From: Balanoglossus misakiensis
Lineage: Eukaryota > Animalia > Hemichordata
Direction of reading: 5' to 3'
Length of the DNA: 64,000 bases
Assembly (NCBI GenBank): GCA_040954595.2
Contig: CM082589.2
Span: 11,482,894 to 11,546,893, forward strand
The notes beneath the pieces are model-generated. The model was not told the DNA's origin. It worked only from the letters and a program-made list of their open reading frames with translations, and did not search any database. This document shows, in pieces, positions 11,278-22,181 of the stretch. Within the stretch, counting starts at the first letter, position 1, and every line of letters begins with the position of its first letter. The translations under genes and the position numbers were made by a program.

Positions 11278-14200
11278 AAATACTACCACAGAGGGTGCTA
11301 TACTATATGACCATCAACTGAGTATCATTCAAATACTCTGTGCACAGTGGGTAAATACACATTTGTTTTTTTAGGAGACTTTCATCAGTTGCAGTAAAAT
11401 ACAACGTGACTACACTATATACACCAATGAGAATGGCCATGTAATTCAGAGAGTGCTTGATATTAAAACTGTATCATAGTTGTGGCCTTTACTGCTGATA
11501 ATTAGGTTACCATAGATACAAGCCCAATGCAACAGGACAGGGATAAACATATGCAAAGACAAGATTAAACCCCACCTCCATAATCAAAATACTACCGCAG
11601 AGGGCGCTATACTATATGACCATCAACTGAGTATCATTCAAATACTCTGTGCACAGTGGGTAAAGACACATTTGTTTTTTTAGGAGACTTTAATCAGTTG
11701 CAGTAAAATACAACATGACTACACTATATACACCAATGAGAATGGCCGTGTAATTCAGAGAGTGCTTGATATTAAAACTGTTTCATAGTTGTGGCCTTTA
11801 CTGCTGATAATAGGTTACCATAGATACAAGCCCAATGCAACAGGACAGGGATAAACATATGCAAAGGCAAGATTAAACCCCACCTCTGTAATCAAAATAA
11901 TAATAATAATAATAATTTATTTGTATAGTGTCAGTATCCACAAAAATGTGATCAATGACGCTTAAAGCAAAAGTACAATACAACAAATGGCTAAAAAACA
12001 GATTTAAAAAGTAAAGTTTTAACATTTGATTTAAAAACAGATAAGTCTGGTGCCTGGCGAATGGTAAGTGGAAGATTATTCCAAAGAATTGGAGCAGCAA
12101 CAGTAAAAGCACGATCACCATAACTCTTGGTGCGTGATCGAACAAGGCAGAGTTTGAACTGATCAGCTGACCTTAAATTGCGACACGGAACATATAGATT
12201 AGTCATGCTAGAAAGATAGATTGGACCAAGTTTATGAATGGATTTAAAAATGAGAACTAACATCTTAAAAACAATACGCTGTGTAACAGGTAGCCAGTGC
12301 AACTGATACAAAATTGGAGTGATGTGACAGGTGATTTTTGAATGAGTAACAATTCTAGCAGCAATATTCTGAACGCGTTGGATACGGTTGATTGAATACT
12401 TCGGGAGCCCAAATAAAAGTGAATTACATGAATCAATTCGAGAAGTAATGAATGCATGAACTAATTGCTCTGTAGCAGAATAAGATAAATATTTGCGGAT
12501 AAGCGCAATGCGACGTAAATGAAAAGTGGCAGAGCGGCAGATCTGTCCAATATGTGGCTTCATTGTCAGACAAGAGTCAAGGATCACACCAAGGCTCTTA
12601 GCCTGACAATGGACAGGAATCAGAGAATCGCCAACACGAATTTCTGAAATCCCTCTAGCAGACAGATCACCTGAAATACCAAAGAAAATAACAAATTCAG
12701 TCTTATCATCGTATAAGCACAAGAAGTTTTCAGACATCCAAAACCTAACATCGGATATACAAAGTTCAAGATTTGAAACAGTTCTTGCTGCGTTGTCTTT
12801 ACTAAAAGACATATAAAGTGAAGAGTCATCTGCATAAAAACTATAAAGACAACCATGACTTTGAACTAATTCACCAAATGGAGATGGGTACATATTGAAA
12901 AGTATATGACCAAGAACTGATCCCTGTGGTACCCCAGTGTCGAGCCGATAGAAAGGTGATTGGGTGGAATTTACAAGTACACACTGACTACGATTGGAAA
13001 GGTATGACTTAAACCACATGAGAACAGTATCTGAGAGACCAAAATACTACCACAGAGGGTGCTATACTATATGACCATCAACTGAGTATCATTCAAATAC
13101 TCTGTGCACAGTGGGTAAACACACATTTGGTTTTTTAGGAGACTTTCATCAGTTGTAGTAAAATACAACGTGACTACACTATATACACCAATGAGAATGG
13201 CCATGTAATTCAGAGAGTGCTTGATATTAAAACTGTATCATAGTTGTGGCCTTTACTGCTGATAATTAGGTTACCATAGATACAAACCCAATGCAACATG
13301 ACAGGGATAAACATATGCAAAGACAAGATTAAACCCCACCTCCATAATCAAAATACTACCACAGAGGGCGCTATACTATATGACCATCAACTGAGTATCA
13401 TTCAAATACTCTGTGCACAGTGGGTAAAGACTTATTTGTTTTTTTAGGAGACTTTCATCAGTTGCAGTAAAATACAACGTGACTACACTATATACACCAA
13501 TGAGAATGGCCATGTAATTCAGAGAGTGCTTGATATTAAAACTGTTTCATAGTTGTGGCCTTTACTGCTGATAATTAGGTTACCATAGATACAAGCCCAA
13601 TGCAACATGACAGGGATAAACATATGCAAAGACAAGATTAAACCCCACCTCCATAATCAAAATACTACCACAGAGGGCGCTATACTATATGACCATCAAC
13701 TGAGTATCATTCAAATACTCTGTGCACAGTGGGTAAAGACACATTTGGTTTTTTAGGAGACTTTCATCAGTTGTAGTAAAATACAACGTGACTACACTAT
13801 ATACACCAATGAGAATGGCCATGTAATTCAGAGAGTGCTTGATATTAAAACTGTTTCATAGTTGTGGCCTTTACTGCTGATAATTAGGTTACCATAGATA
13901 CAAGCCCAATGCAACATGACAGGGATAAACATATGCAAAGACAAGATTTAACCCCACCTCCATAATCAAAATACTACCACAGAGGGCGCTATACTATATG
14001 ACCATCAACTGAGTATCATTCAAATACTCTGTGCACAGTGGGTAAAGACACATTTGGTTTTTAGGAGACTTTCACCAGTTGCAGTAAAATACAACCTGAC
14101 TACACTATATGCACCAATGAGAATGGCCGTGTAATTCAGAGTGCTTGTTATTAAAACTGTTTCAAAGCTGTGGCCTTTACTGCTGATAATTAGGTTACCA

Positions 14201-14290
14201 TAGATACAAGTGGAATGGAACCGGACAGGGATAAACATACAAAGGCTAGGTTAACCCCCCCCCCCAATACTACCACAGAGGGCGCTATAC
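11278..14290 (+). repeat. 309-bp tandem repeat array (about 6 units) interrupted by a LINE
   Basis: tactacc(a/g)cagaggg(c/t)gctatac recurs at 11281, 11590, 13045, 13354, 13663, 13972 and ~14268. Confidence 0.92.
11899..13039 (-). mobile_element. 5'-truncated L2/CR1-group LINE (RT C-terminal part, 342-aa ORF 11991-13019)
   Basis: GVPQGSVLG, YADD and C-terminal YGDRAFTVAAPILWNNLP motifs, a (TTA)n 3' tail, and caaaata duplicated on both sides relative to the empty 309-bp unit. Confidence 0.92.
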
Positions 14291-15943
14291 TGATCATCAA
14301 GTCTGTACCATTGAAATAAATCTGTGCAGATTGGGTAAATTAGGCATTTGGTTCTTCAGATTTTCATAAGTTGCACTAAAATGCTATGTGGCCCACTACA
14401 AGGACAAATAAGTCAAAAATGGCAAATTTGACGTTTACTTTGAGGTTGGCATGGGGCAAACGAGACAATACAAGAACACTGAAACTCAATTAGTGAAACA
14501 CTAAAGTTGTACTTTATTTCTCTAACAAACTTAGAGAAAATTTACATGGCCATCTTTTTACTCAGAGACCTGATGTTGAATAGAAATGTGGTAGTGCAGG
14601 TCCACATGAGTGCCGTGTACTAGCCTCTCTCTCTGCAAATCCATCCACAACTTGCATGCAGATAGTGGGAGTCTGATGTAAGCAACTACTGCAGTTACAG
14701 TCAGGACGTAAGTGGGATAATTAAACAGCAGGGGATCATGCAATGCAAACACTTGAACTGGCCAGTAACGTTTGAATTGCTCATTTGCATACAGTTTTTC
14801 TACTTTTTTCACAACGAAAGTTAAGCAACTAGCAACCCATTTCTGACAATTATTTCACCCCAGGCACATTACTGGTACTATGAGTGTACTACATGTGATT
14901 TTTCATGAAGTTTTATCGAGAAGAATTTCTTTACTTCCACTGACAAAATTGTGATCACGAAATTCAAAGTGACCTTGAAGTTACAAAAAAAAAATATCAG
15001 CCATACCCACACAAAAATTAACCCCCTCAGGTTTTAGAAACATTATTAAACTCCTCTATTCATAATTTTGACATGAATATATCCATGCCGAGAGTCAAGG
15101 ACCACAATTTACTGTGCCATAGGTCAGTCCTGAGAAGTCAGTCAGCGTGAATAGTGTATAGACTCCGTATGTAATATGCTAATGAGAGATAACGACGCGT
15201 TGAAAAGGAAGCCATTACGTCATGGGTTAACATGCGTTGACCTACTTCAATGCATACACATATGGCAAACACGGCTGTACTCGTCGATGGCGAAGGCAAT
15301 TTTTACACCGTCATTACCCCACAACGGAGCGGCTCACACTATTATAATTTCACGGTAACTTAGTTCAATATCTTCCTAACCTACCCAATTTTTTTCAAGA
15401 CAAGAAATCTTTGCCGAGAGTCAAGGACCACAATTTAAACCAACATACCGAAACTGTCTTTCTCGGGAAAGCGTCGTTAAAACTTCACGAAAAATCATCC
15501 TATCATTGACTATGGTGTTTCATACACGTCTTAGAAAAAACGGGTGCACTACGATCACTTGTAGTACCGAAAATCTCCGTTTGAACATTTTTCGAACTGG
15601 CCGTAACTGCCACTCAGCGACTTTCACATTCAAATAGATCTCTTTGATCTCACCGCCGTAATTACCCCACTTACGTCCTGACTGGTTAATACTTAGAAAG
15701 TGTATTACCTCCAACACCCCATGGACGGTATCATGTCATCACCAGTAGCTATAGGTTCTTTTAACACCTTGAGAGAAAAAAATGGATTGTTACTGATAGA
15801 TTACAAAGCACTGACAATACAAGAGGGGGAGGGGTAAGGTTTGTTGAGAGCAGTTGTTTTTTGCTAAACATTAGTGAAAATATGAAATTATTGACATGTA
15901 GGATTTCAATTTTATGATGTAAGAGTATTTTATAATATCTCAC

Positions 15944-16115
15944 CGGGACTTCAGTTGTCGCTGTAGTATTTAACCCAAGTTTAACTGTGCCACCCACGTC
16001 CATGCATGGCAAGGTTTTCTCTCCCAAAAGTTTCAGTTTGGTATCCCAGTTACCATCAGTTGCACTTACTCCACGCCTTCTAAGTTGAATGCGATTTACC
16101 ATCACAGGATTCATA
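15944..16115 (-). pseudogene. Degenerate copy of OB-fold gene exon 3
   Basis: Reverse complement of 4253-4424. It keeps a gtgag donor and is followed by an intron and partial exon 4. Confidence 0.75.
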
Positions 16116-16578
16116 CTGTGGTGCAAAGACAATTAAAAACATCGATTGTAAGTCATTTAGTAGTGATACCATTGTGACCAAACCTCGTTTTAAAATACAT
16201 GTAATCTGTACTCGAAACTATCATTTTTTTCTTTCTAGAATATTAGAACGCGCTCAAAAATAAAAATGCGACCTGTAAGCGAGTGCCGCGTTTCAATTGG
16301 TACTGACGATAAACACCGCCACTCGGAGATAAAATCAACGTTTTTTTTTTTTTAATGCAAGTGAACGCATGGAGGCGGCCATATTGAATTTAGGTTACAT
16401 CCCAAGACATTCCGACTGGTCTTCAGGTGGATTCGGGAAAGGTCTCTAAAACATAATCGGTCATCCAATTTTGTATACTAAATTTCTAAAAATGTAGGAC
16501 ATGGGAGGTTAACATACCCACAATGACTACACACAAAAAAGGGCCCAGGCGTTTCGGGGTGCGATTGTTACGTACCTT

Positions 16579-16838
16579 AGCTCCATCATCTGCAACCATG
16601 CAGCCAAGGCGTGGCAGTGAAATTGTGCCTCATTGAGGATACAGTCTAGATCCGGAATTCAGCCAACGGCAAACTGTTTAGCGTGCCTTGTATGCAGCAG
16701 GATGGCAACGTTCTGGAACTTAAATTCTGGAAAGAAAATCCGAAATAGCTGAACAGATAACAGAAGAGAGAAAACATACAGCTCCGCAACTTTTCCACTG
16801 GAAGATATAACACCATTTGCCTCTATGATAGAGCAAAG
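16579..16838 (+). pseudogene. Degenerate copy of OB-fold gene exon 1 between two inverted copies of its intron
   Basis: Homologous to 19870-20115, with small insertions and TGG>TAG. Donor aag|gtatgt. Confidence 0.75.
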
Positions 16839-17267
16839 GTATGTTATAATCGCACCCCGAAACTTATGGGCCTTTTTTTTGACGTAGTCATTTCGGGTAT
16901 CTTAACCTCCCATCTTCTACATTTTTAGAAATTTACTCTACAAAATTGAATGACCCATTACATTTTAGAGACCTTTCCCGAATTCAACCGAAGCCTAATC
17001 GGAAGGTCTTCGGATGTAATCCAATATGGCAGCCTCCATGCGATCACGTACATTGAAAATCCATTGATTTCATCGCCGATTACCGATGTTTATCGTCAAT
17101 ACCGATTCAAACGCGGCACTCGTTTACAAGTCGCATTTATTTTTGATCGCGTTCCAATATTTTAAACAAACTAGATTACTGATAAAAATGCTCAAAATTT
17201 TTCCTCCAAATGCCACCTTTACGGATTCAGTCACACAACTTACAGACTACGCCAAACTTTTTTCCAG

Positions 17268-17408
17268 ATCATACCTTGCGGGCGTAAAGCGATGGATATA
17301 CCTGAAAAATTGGTAACAGAATTGTATCATCCGCCACAAATAATGATATCAGAAGTCGAGATATCTCCACAGAAGAAGAGGGTGTGCGTTGTAGGAAAAG
17401 TCCATGAT
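17268..17408 (+). CDS. OB-fold gene coding exon 2 (only copy in window)
   Basis: tttttccag|ATC...GAT|gtgagt, 141 nt, phase 0/0, open: IIPCGRKAMDIPEKLVTELYHPPQIMISEVEISPQKKRVCVVGKVHD. It lies downstream of exon 1 and its intron. Confidence 0.75.
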
Positions 17409-17822
17409 GTGAGTACTGTCAAATGTTGCACAAATAGCCGTTAAACCTGAAATATAGATTGAAAGTGGATATTGTTTTACACAATTTTTGAACATTGAAG
17501 TAAAGTATTAGAATGATGGAATCCGATAAAAAAAGTGAGTTGGTAATTTCGGCATCCGACATCGTTATTAAAAATGGAAAGGTTTGCGATTCGGTTCAAG
17601 TAGTATTTGCAAGTTTGAAAGGAAATATTTCATTGAAGTACAGTGGCAACTACTGCATTATTGAGAATCTTTGAAATGTTGATGAACGGAGACTTATAAT
17701 AGAATAAATGAAAACCTACCTTTAACGGTGTTAGGGTTACTACACCTGACAGACCGCTGGTCTGCGTCCGACCGATTCTGAGCTCCTAGCTCTTGTGGAG
17801 ACATGCGGAGGTACAGCGGGTT

Positions 17823-19458
17823 AACGGTTAGGAAGTGTTGATGAAAGGAATGATTAATTACATAGGCCAATCAGGATCCTGGAGTTAGATATTCGAGTGA
17901 AATGGTGGAAAAACGGGAATGCCGATTGGTTCAATTTAACCGGAGGGAAATTGCTACATTATATGACGTCAGTTGCGAACGATAATGCATATATTAAGCT
18001 AAGGTTGAATCCGGTTTTTCCATCAAGCACAAGCATATTTCAGTCATAAAAAAAACGAAGAGAATAACACTAAAAAAATATTTCCTTTTTAAAAACTTCA
18101 CTATAGCATTATTATAATGATGTACGTCGTACATAAAATGATACACGTGACATCGACTTGTTCAGAGTTTTAAAACAGGTAGAGAGTGCCCATGGGTAAC
18201 CCGAAAACACACAAACCGGGTAAAAAATGAAAGTCCTGCGAAGGCCAGGAGTATACACTGAAAAATTACAATAAATCTAGTACAAAGGTTTGTATCCTCA
18301 CGAATAATTAACTCTGATTGCATAAGTTTATTTCCGTCTCATTACCTTCTGAAAGCAAATCACTCACTTGCCGGTAAAAGTTGAGTAAAATACTACATCT
18401 AAACTGCATAGCGATGGCGGCCCATAAAAATAATTGCCCAGTGTCCCACTCGCAATGCACAACTTTTTAGGCCAAGTGCTAATGATATTCGAATTTTCGA
18501 AGGTTACGCAATATACACATACATGTATAAATATTAATTTATGAACAATTTCCAGTGTTCACGCTGGGATTTCTTTCGTTCTAGTTTACTCGTTATATAA
18601 TGTACCAATTCCCTCCGGTAAGTTGAGCCGATTCCCATCACTTTGAGCCAATCGATATTCATGGTTTTTCAGCATTTCAGTCGACTATATTTACACCTGT
18701 TGCATGTCTTTGCAGTTTTTGACTTGACGCTTACAACCGAGTCGCACCGCACGCAGTACTTTGTTGTTGTCTTCATGTTTAGTTGTTGTTTTGCGCACAC
18801 TATTTGCACAAAAATATCTGCTCGTTTTGTTATCAACGATCGAGTATATGTTAGGACGTCCGACATAGAGAACTTTGTTCTAAATATTCAATGCCCCACA
18901 AATGATATACTACACTGCTCGACACAACACACCCCAGCCATACTCCATTAGTACACGCCACAAACACCGTATTTATACAGCCTGAGGGATTTCAGCTTCG
19001 AACTTATTGCCCAATCATATTCGACTATTTCCAACCAATCAGCTTCTGACTAATTGACCAATCACACGCTTCGAGCATAATTTCCAAAAAAGGGAAAACT
19101 AACGAATTTGCTACATCTTTCCGGTTTCATCTTCAACAGTTTCTAACATTTTTTTGGACCCCCTCCCCCTCGATAAACACCCATACTCAAAGGGTAACTT
19201 CATTTAATTGTCAGTAAATAAAATCAATTCACAGTCTTATTACATGTACTATTTATAATATACTCAAATTTCCACTACAAAATATCTGTATATGTGCGTT
19301 AAATTCTGAAATCTTTCCACCCAAACCTCTAGTTATGCAAATTTAAATTGCTGTCTGTTGCGTTCGCCTACGGTTTCTCGAGCTCATTTTCGGACATTCG
19401 AATCTAACTCCTGATTGGCCTATAAACTTATTTCTTTCATCAACACTTTCTAACCGTT
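17823..19458. promoter_or_regulatory. Spacer with divergent promoter-like ends between head-to-head OB-gene copies
   Basis: Inverted similarity extends inward to ~17897/19398 and includes CCAAT boxes (~17868, ~19414). TGACGTCA at 17964 and further CCAAT boxes at 19011-19062. A putative non-coding first exon ends at aag|gtagg (19561). Confidence 0.45.
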
Positions 19459-19845
19459 AACCCGCTGTACCTCCGCATGTCTCCACAAGAGCTAGGAGCT
19501 CAGAATCGGATGAACGAGACAAGCGGTCTCTCACGTTTAGTAACCGTAACACCGTTAAAGGTAGGTTTTCATTGATTCTAATAAGTCTCCGTTCATCAAC
19601 ATTTCAAAAATTCTCCATAACCCAGTAGTTGCCACTGTGCTTCAATGAAATATTTCCTTTCAAACTTGCAAATGGTAACCGAATCTCAAATCGCAAATCT
19701 TTCCATTTTTAATAACGAAGTCGGATGCCGCAATCACCAACTCACTTTTTTATCGGACTCCATCATTCTAATACTTTACTTCAATGTTCAAAAATTGTGT
19801 AAAACAATATCCACTCTCAATCTATTTTTCAGGTTTAACGGCGTT

Positions 19846-20115
19846 ATGGCATCCCCGGCTCCCGGTCCCTCATCCCCAACCAGCCAAGGCGTTGCACTGA
19901 AATTGCGCCTCATGGAGGATGTCGAGATCCGGAATTCCGCCAACGGGAAACTGTTTAGCGTGCCTTGTATGCAGCAGGATGGCAACGTTCTGGAACTTAA
20001 ATTCTGGAAAGAAAATCCGAAGTGGCTGAACAGATTACAGAAGGGAGAATACGTACAGCTCCGCAACTTTTCCACTGGAAGAGATAATACCATTTGCCTC
20101 TATGATAGAGCAAAG
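19846..20115 (+). CDS. OB-fold gene coding exon 1 (intact)
   Basis: Acceptor tttttcag at 19832, ATG at 19846, 90 open codons MASPAPG...VLELKFWKENPKWLNRLQKGEYVQLRNF...DRAK, donor gtacgt in phase 0. Confidence 0.72.
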
Positions 20116-20532
20116 GTACGTTATAATCGCACCCCGTAACTTATGGGCCTGACTTTTTTTTTGCCGTAGTCATTTTGGGTATCTTAACCTCCCATCTTCT
20201 ACATTTTTAGAAATTTACTCTACAAAATTGAATGACCCATTACATTTTAGAGACCTTTCCCGAATTCAACCGAAGCCCAATGGGAAGGTCTTCGGATGTA
20301 ATCCAATATGGCAGCCTCCATGCGATCACGTACATTGAAAATCCATTTATATGATACAACCATGCCTTGTCAACTCACCTCGGGTCAAAATTACTGCCAT
20401 CGATTCATCATTTTGCAGTTCAAATTTTAAAAAGCAACTGACAAAAAACAACCACTCTTGCACTATTTCTCCACAACATTTACTACTCGTAATTATTAAC
20501 ATTCAATGTTTTCCATTTTATTTCCACTACAG

Positions 20533-20739
20533 TATGAATCAGTGACACATACATCGAATTCTACAAAGAGACGTAAACTGACCATAACTGATGGCACAAG
20601 AGATGCTGAAGTCAACCTTTGGGGTGAGAAAACAGCGCTGCCACTGGATGTAGGTGCCACAGTTAAACTAGGCCCATTGGTTATCAACAGATATAAAACA
20701 TCGTCCACATTAAATACAACAGCGACAACTGAAGTGGAG
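20533..20739 (+). CDS. OB-fold gene coding exon 3 (RPA70/SSB-like OB fold)
   Basis: ctacag|TAT...GAG|gtgaga, 69 codons: KRRKLTITDGTRDAEVNLWGEK...GATVKLGPLVINRY...LNTTATTEVE. The D-x-T...V-x-LWGE pattern is typical of RPA1-type OB folds. Confidence 0.78.
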
Positions 20740-20756
20740 GTGAGACATAAAATACT

Positions 20757-22181
20757 GTTCCTGATGCTCCGTGAGAACTGTCAAGTAGCCACGGTTCTAG
20801 GCGACATAGGATGGATGTCCACGGTACGGGAGGAGGCCATGCATGTATACGGGAAGGAAAAGACCGAAGCCAACCTGCCCGTACCATCCGACGCAGCCAT
20901 AAAAACCTGCACACTACCTCGGGAGTTCAATCCAGGCCGCGTACGTGGGGGATTCGTTGGCCATATCTCCCCGCAAGAGCCCACAAGAACCACCACCGCA
21001 GCTGACGACCTGGAGGAAACTTTGAGCATCTTCCGGGATCCGCAGCTGGAAAAACAGGTACTCGGTGGCGACAAGGACCAGGCGATGGAGGTGTCGGAAG
21101 GGCCAGACCCACCCCGCACCCGTGTATCACCCCCAATAGCAGTAGCGAGAGACGGGGGAAACCAACGGCTGCTGCAGGAGCCATCACCCCCACGCCAAGA
21201 AATGCTGCCGCTGCAGTCACTGATCAACCCATTGGAGCTGGAGGCGACGTTGGAGGCGGGGGAATATCTAATCCCCTGGGAACTTCGACGCCACCCCGGC
21301 AGCCCTACTAGGTCCAGATCCCCAACCCGGTCGCCGCGACCGGAGCGTTCTCGAGAGGAAAGGCGGGACCGCCCACCTTCCCGTTAACGACCATCCTTTT
21401 CACGCTGGGGAGATCTCAGCCCCAGACGTCGATCACCGATCCGGTTTCCGACGCCGGAACCGCCCAAAGAAGACGAACGCCGCTGGAGGAGCGCCAGGCC
21501 GGCCCGAAGGAGCCCCCTATCCTCTGTTCCACATTACTCATCAGGCCCTTCTCCATGTCCGTTCCCGGGAGGCCGGAGGTCCACGCGCAAACTGAAGAAA
21601 CACGCCTTTCAGTGCCACCTTCCAGTTATTTTTACTGAGAAGCCGGTAGTATTCCGCGAGCGGGACGCGGTGGAGGCGTTAGAGAAACTCACCTATACTG
21701 GCTGTGTGGTCCAGGAAATGAAATACCCGACCTGCTAGACTTCTATATCCGCAGGGGCGGACCTGGACGGATCCCTACGGAATCCTTTTGTTCACCGGAG
21801 TCCATGGTGATGATGAAGCGCCTGTGCGTCTTCCGGGGGTGGGAGGTGCCGAACAGGTTCCGACTGAGCTCCCCCACCACACCAGCGATTCTCATCCACT
21901 GGCGTGTCCTTAGCATACTGCTGAGGTGGGTATCCCAATCACGACAGGAAGAATTCTGGGAAATCCGACCTCACCGGAAAACATCATCAATCCGGACACA
22001 GCAACCAGAGAGGACGGGGGCGGAAGCAGTCGCACAGAATCCATCGACGCAGGGGGAGCGAGGACGCGCCAGGGGTTTTTGATGCATTTTTTATCCCCCA
22101 AGCGTGCGCGGAGGAGTGCCGAGTGGAAGACGCGCCCACCACCATAGATGACCTCACTGACTACGATGTTGGTGTCCCCCC
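20757..22181 (+). pseudogene. GC-rich decayed ORF of probable mobile-element origin (RS-rich, C2H2-like motif, HWR motif, possible TatD-like start)
   Basis: Abrupt GC shift at the junction aaatact|gttcc. The frame continues past TAA 21385-7 to CPFPG...RKLKKHAFQCHLP, then PTTPAILIHWRVLSILL, then FDAFFIPKRARR. It contains stops and frameshifts. Confidence 0.5.

Larger units (their letters stand above)
3162..17822. repeat. Large imperfect inverted duplication 1 (left arm ~3162-6690, right arm ~10855-17822)
   Basis: aacccgctgtacctccgcatgtctccacaagagctagg at 3162 is reverse-complemented ending at 17822. Other reverse-complement blocks: 3820-4420/15945-16578, 5200-5600/14170-14560, 6490-6690/10855-11040. 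Confidence 0.9.

Noticed and set aside
3162-17822. A single giant TIR transposon (Polinton/Maverick-like)
   Set aside because: No transposase, integrase or polymerase inside and no TSD. Homology with the third copy extends past 17822, so 3162 is a truncation point rather than a terminus.
20506-21387. 293-aa ORF as a single native gene
   Set aside because: It is chimeric: intron tail, OB-fold exon 3, read-through of a gtgaga donor, then unrelated GC-rich sequence from ~20757.
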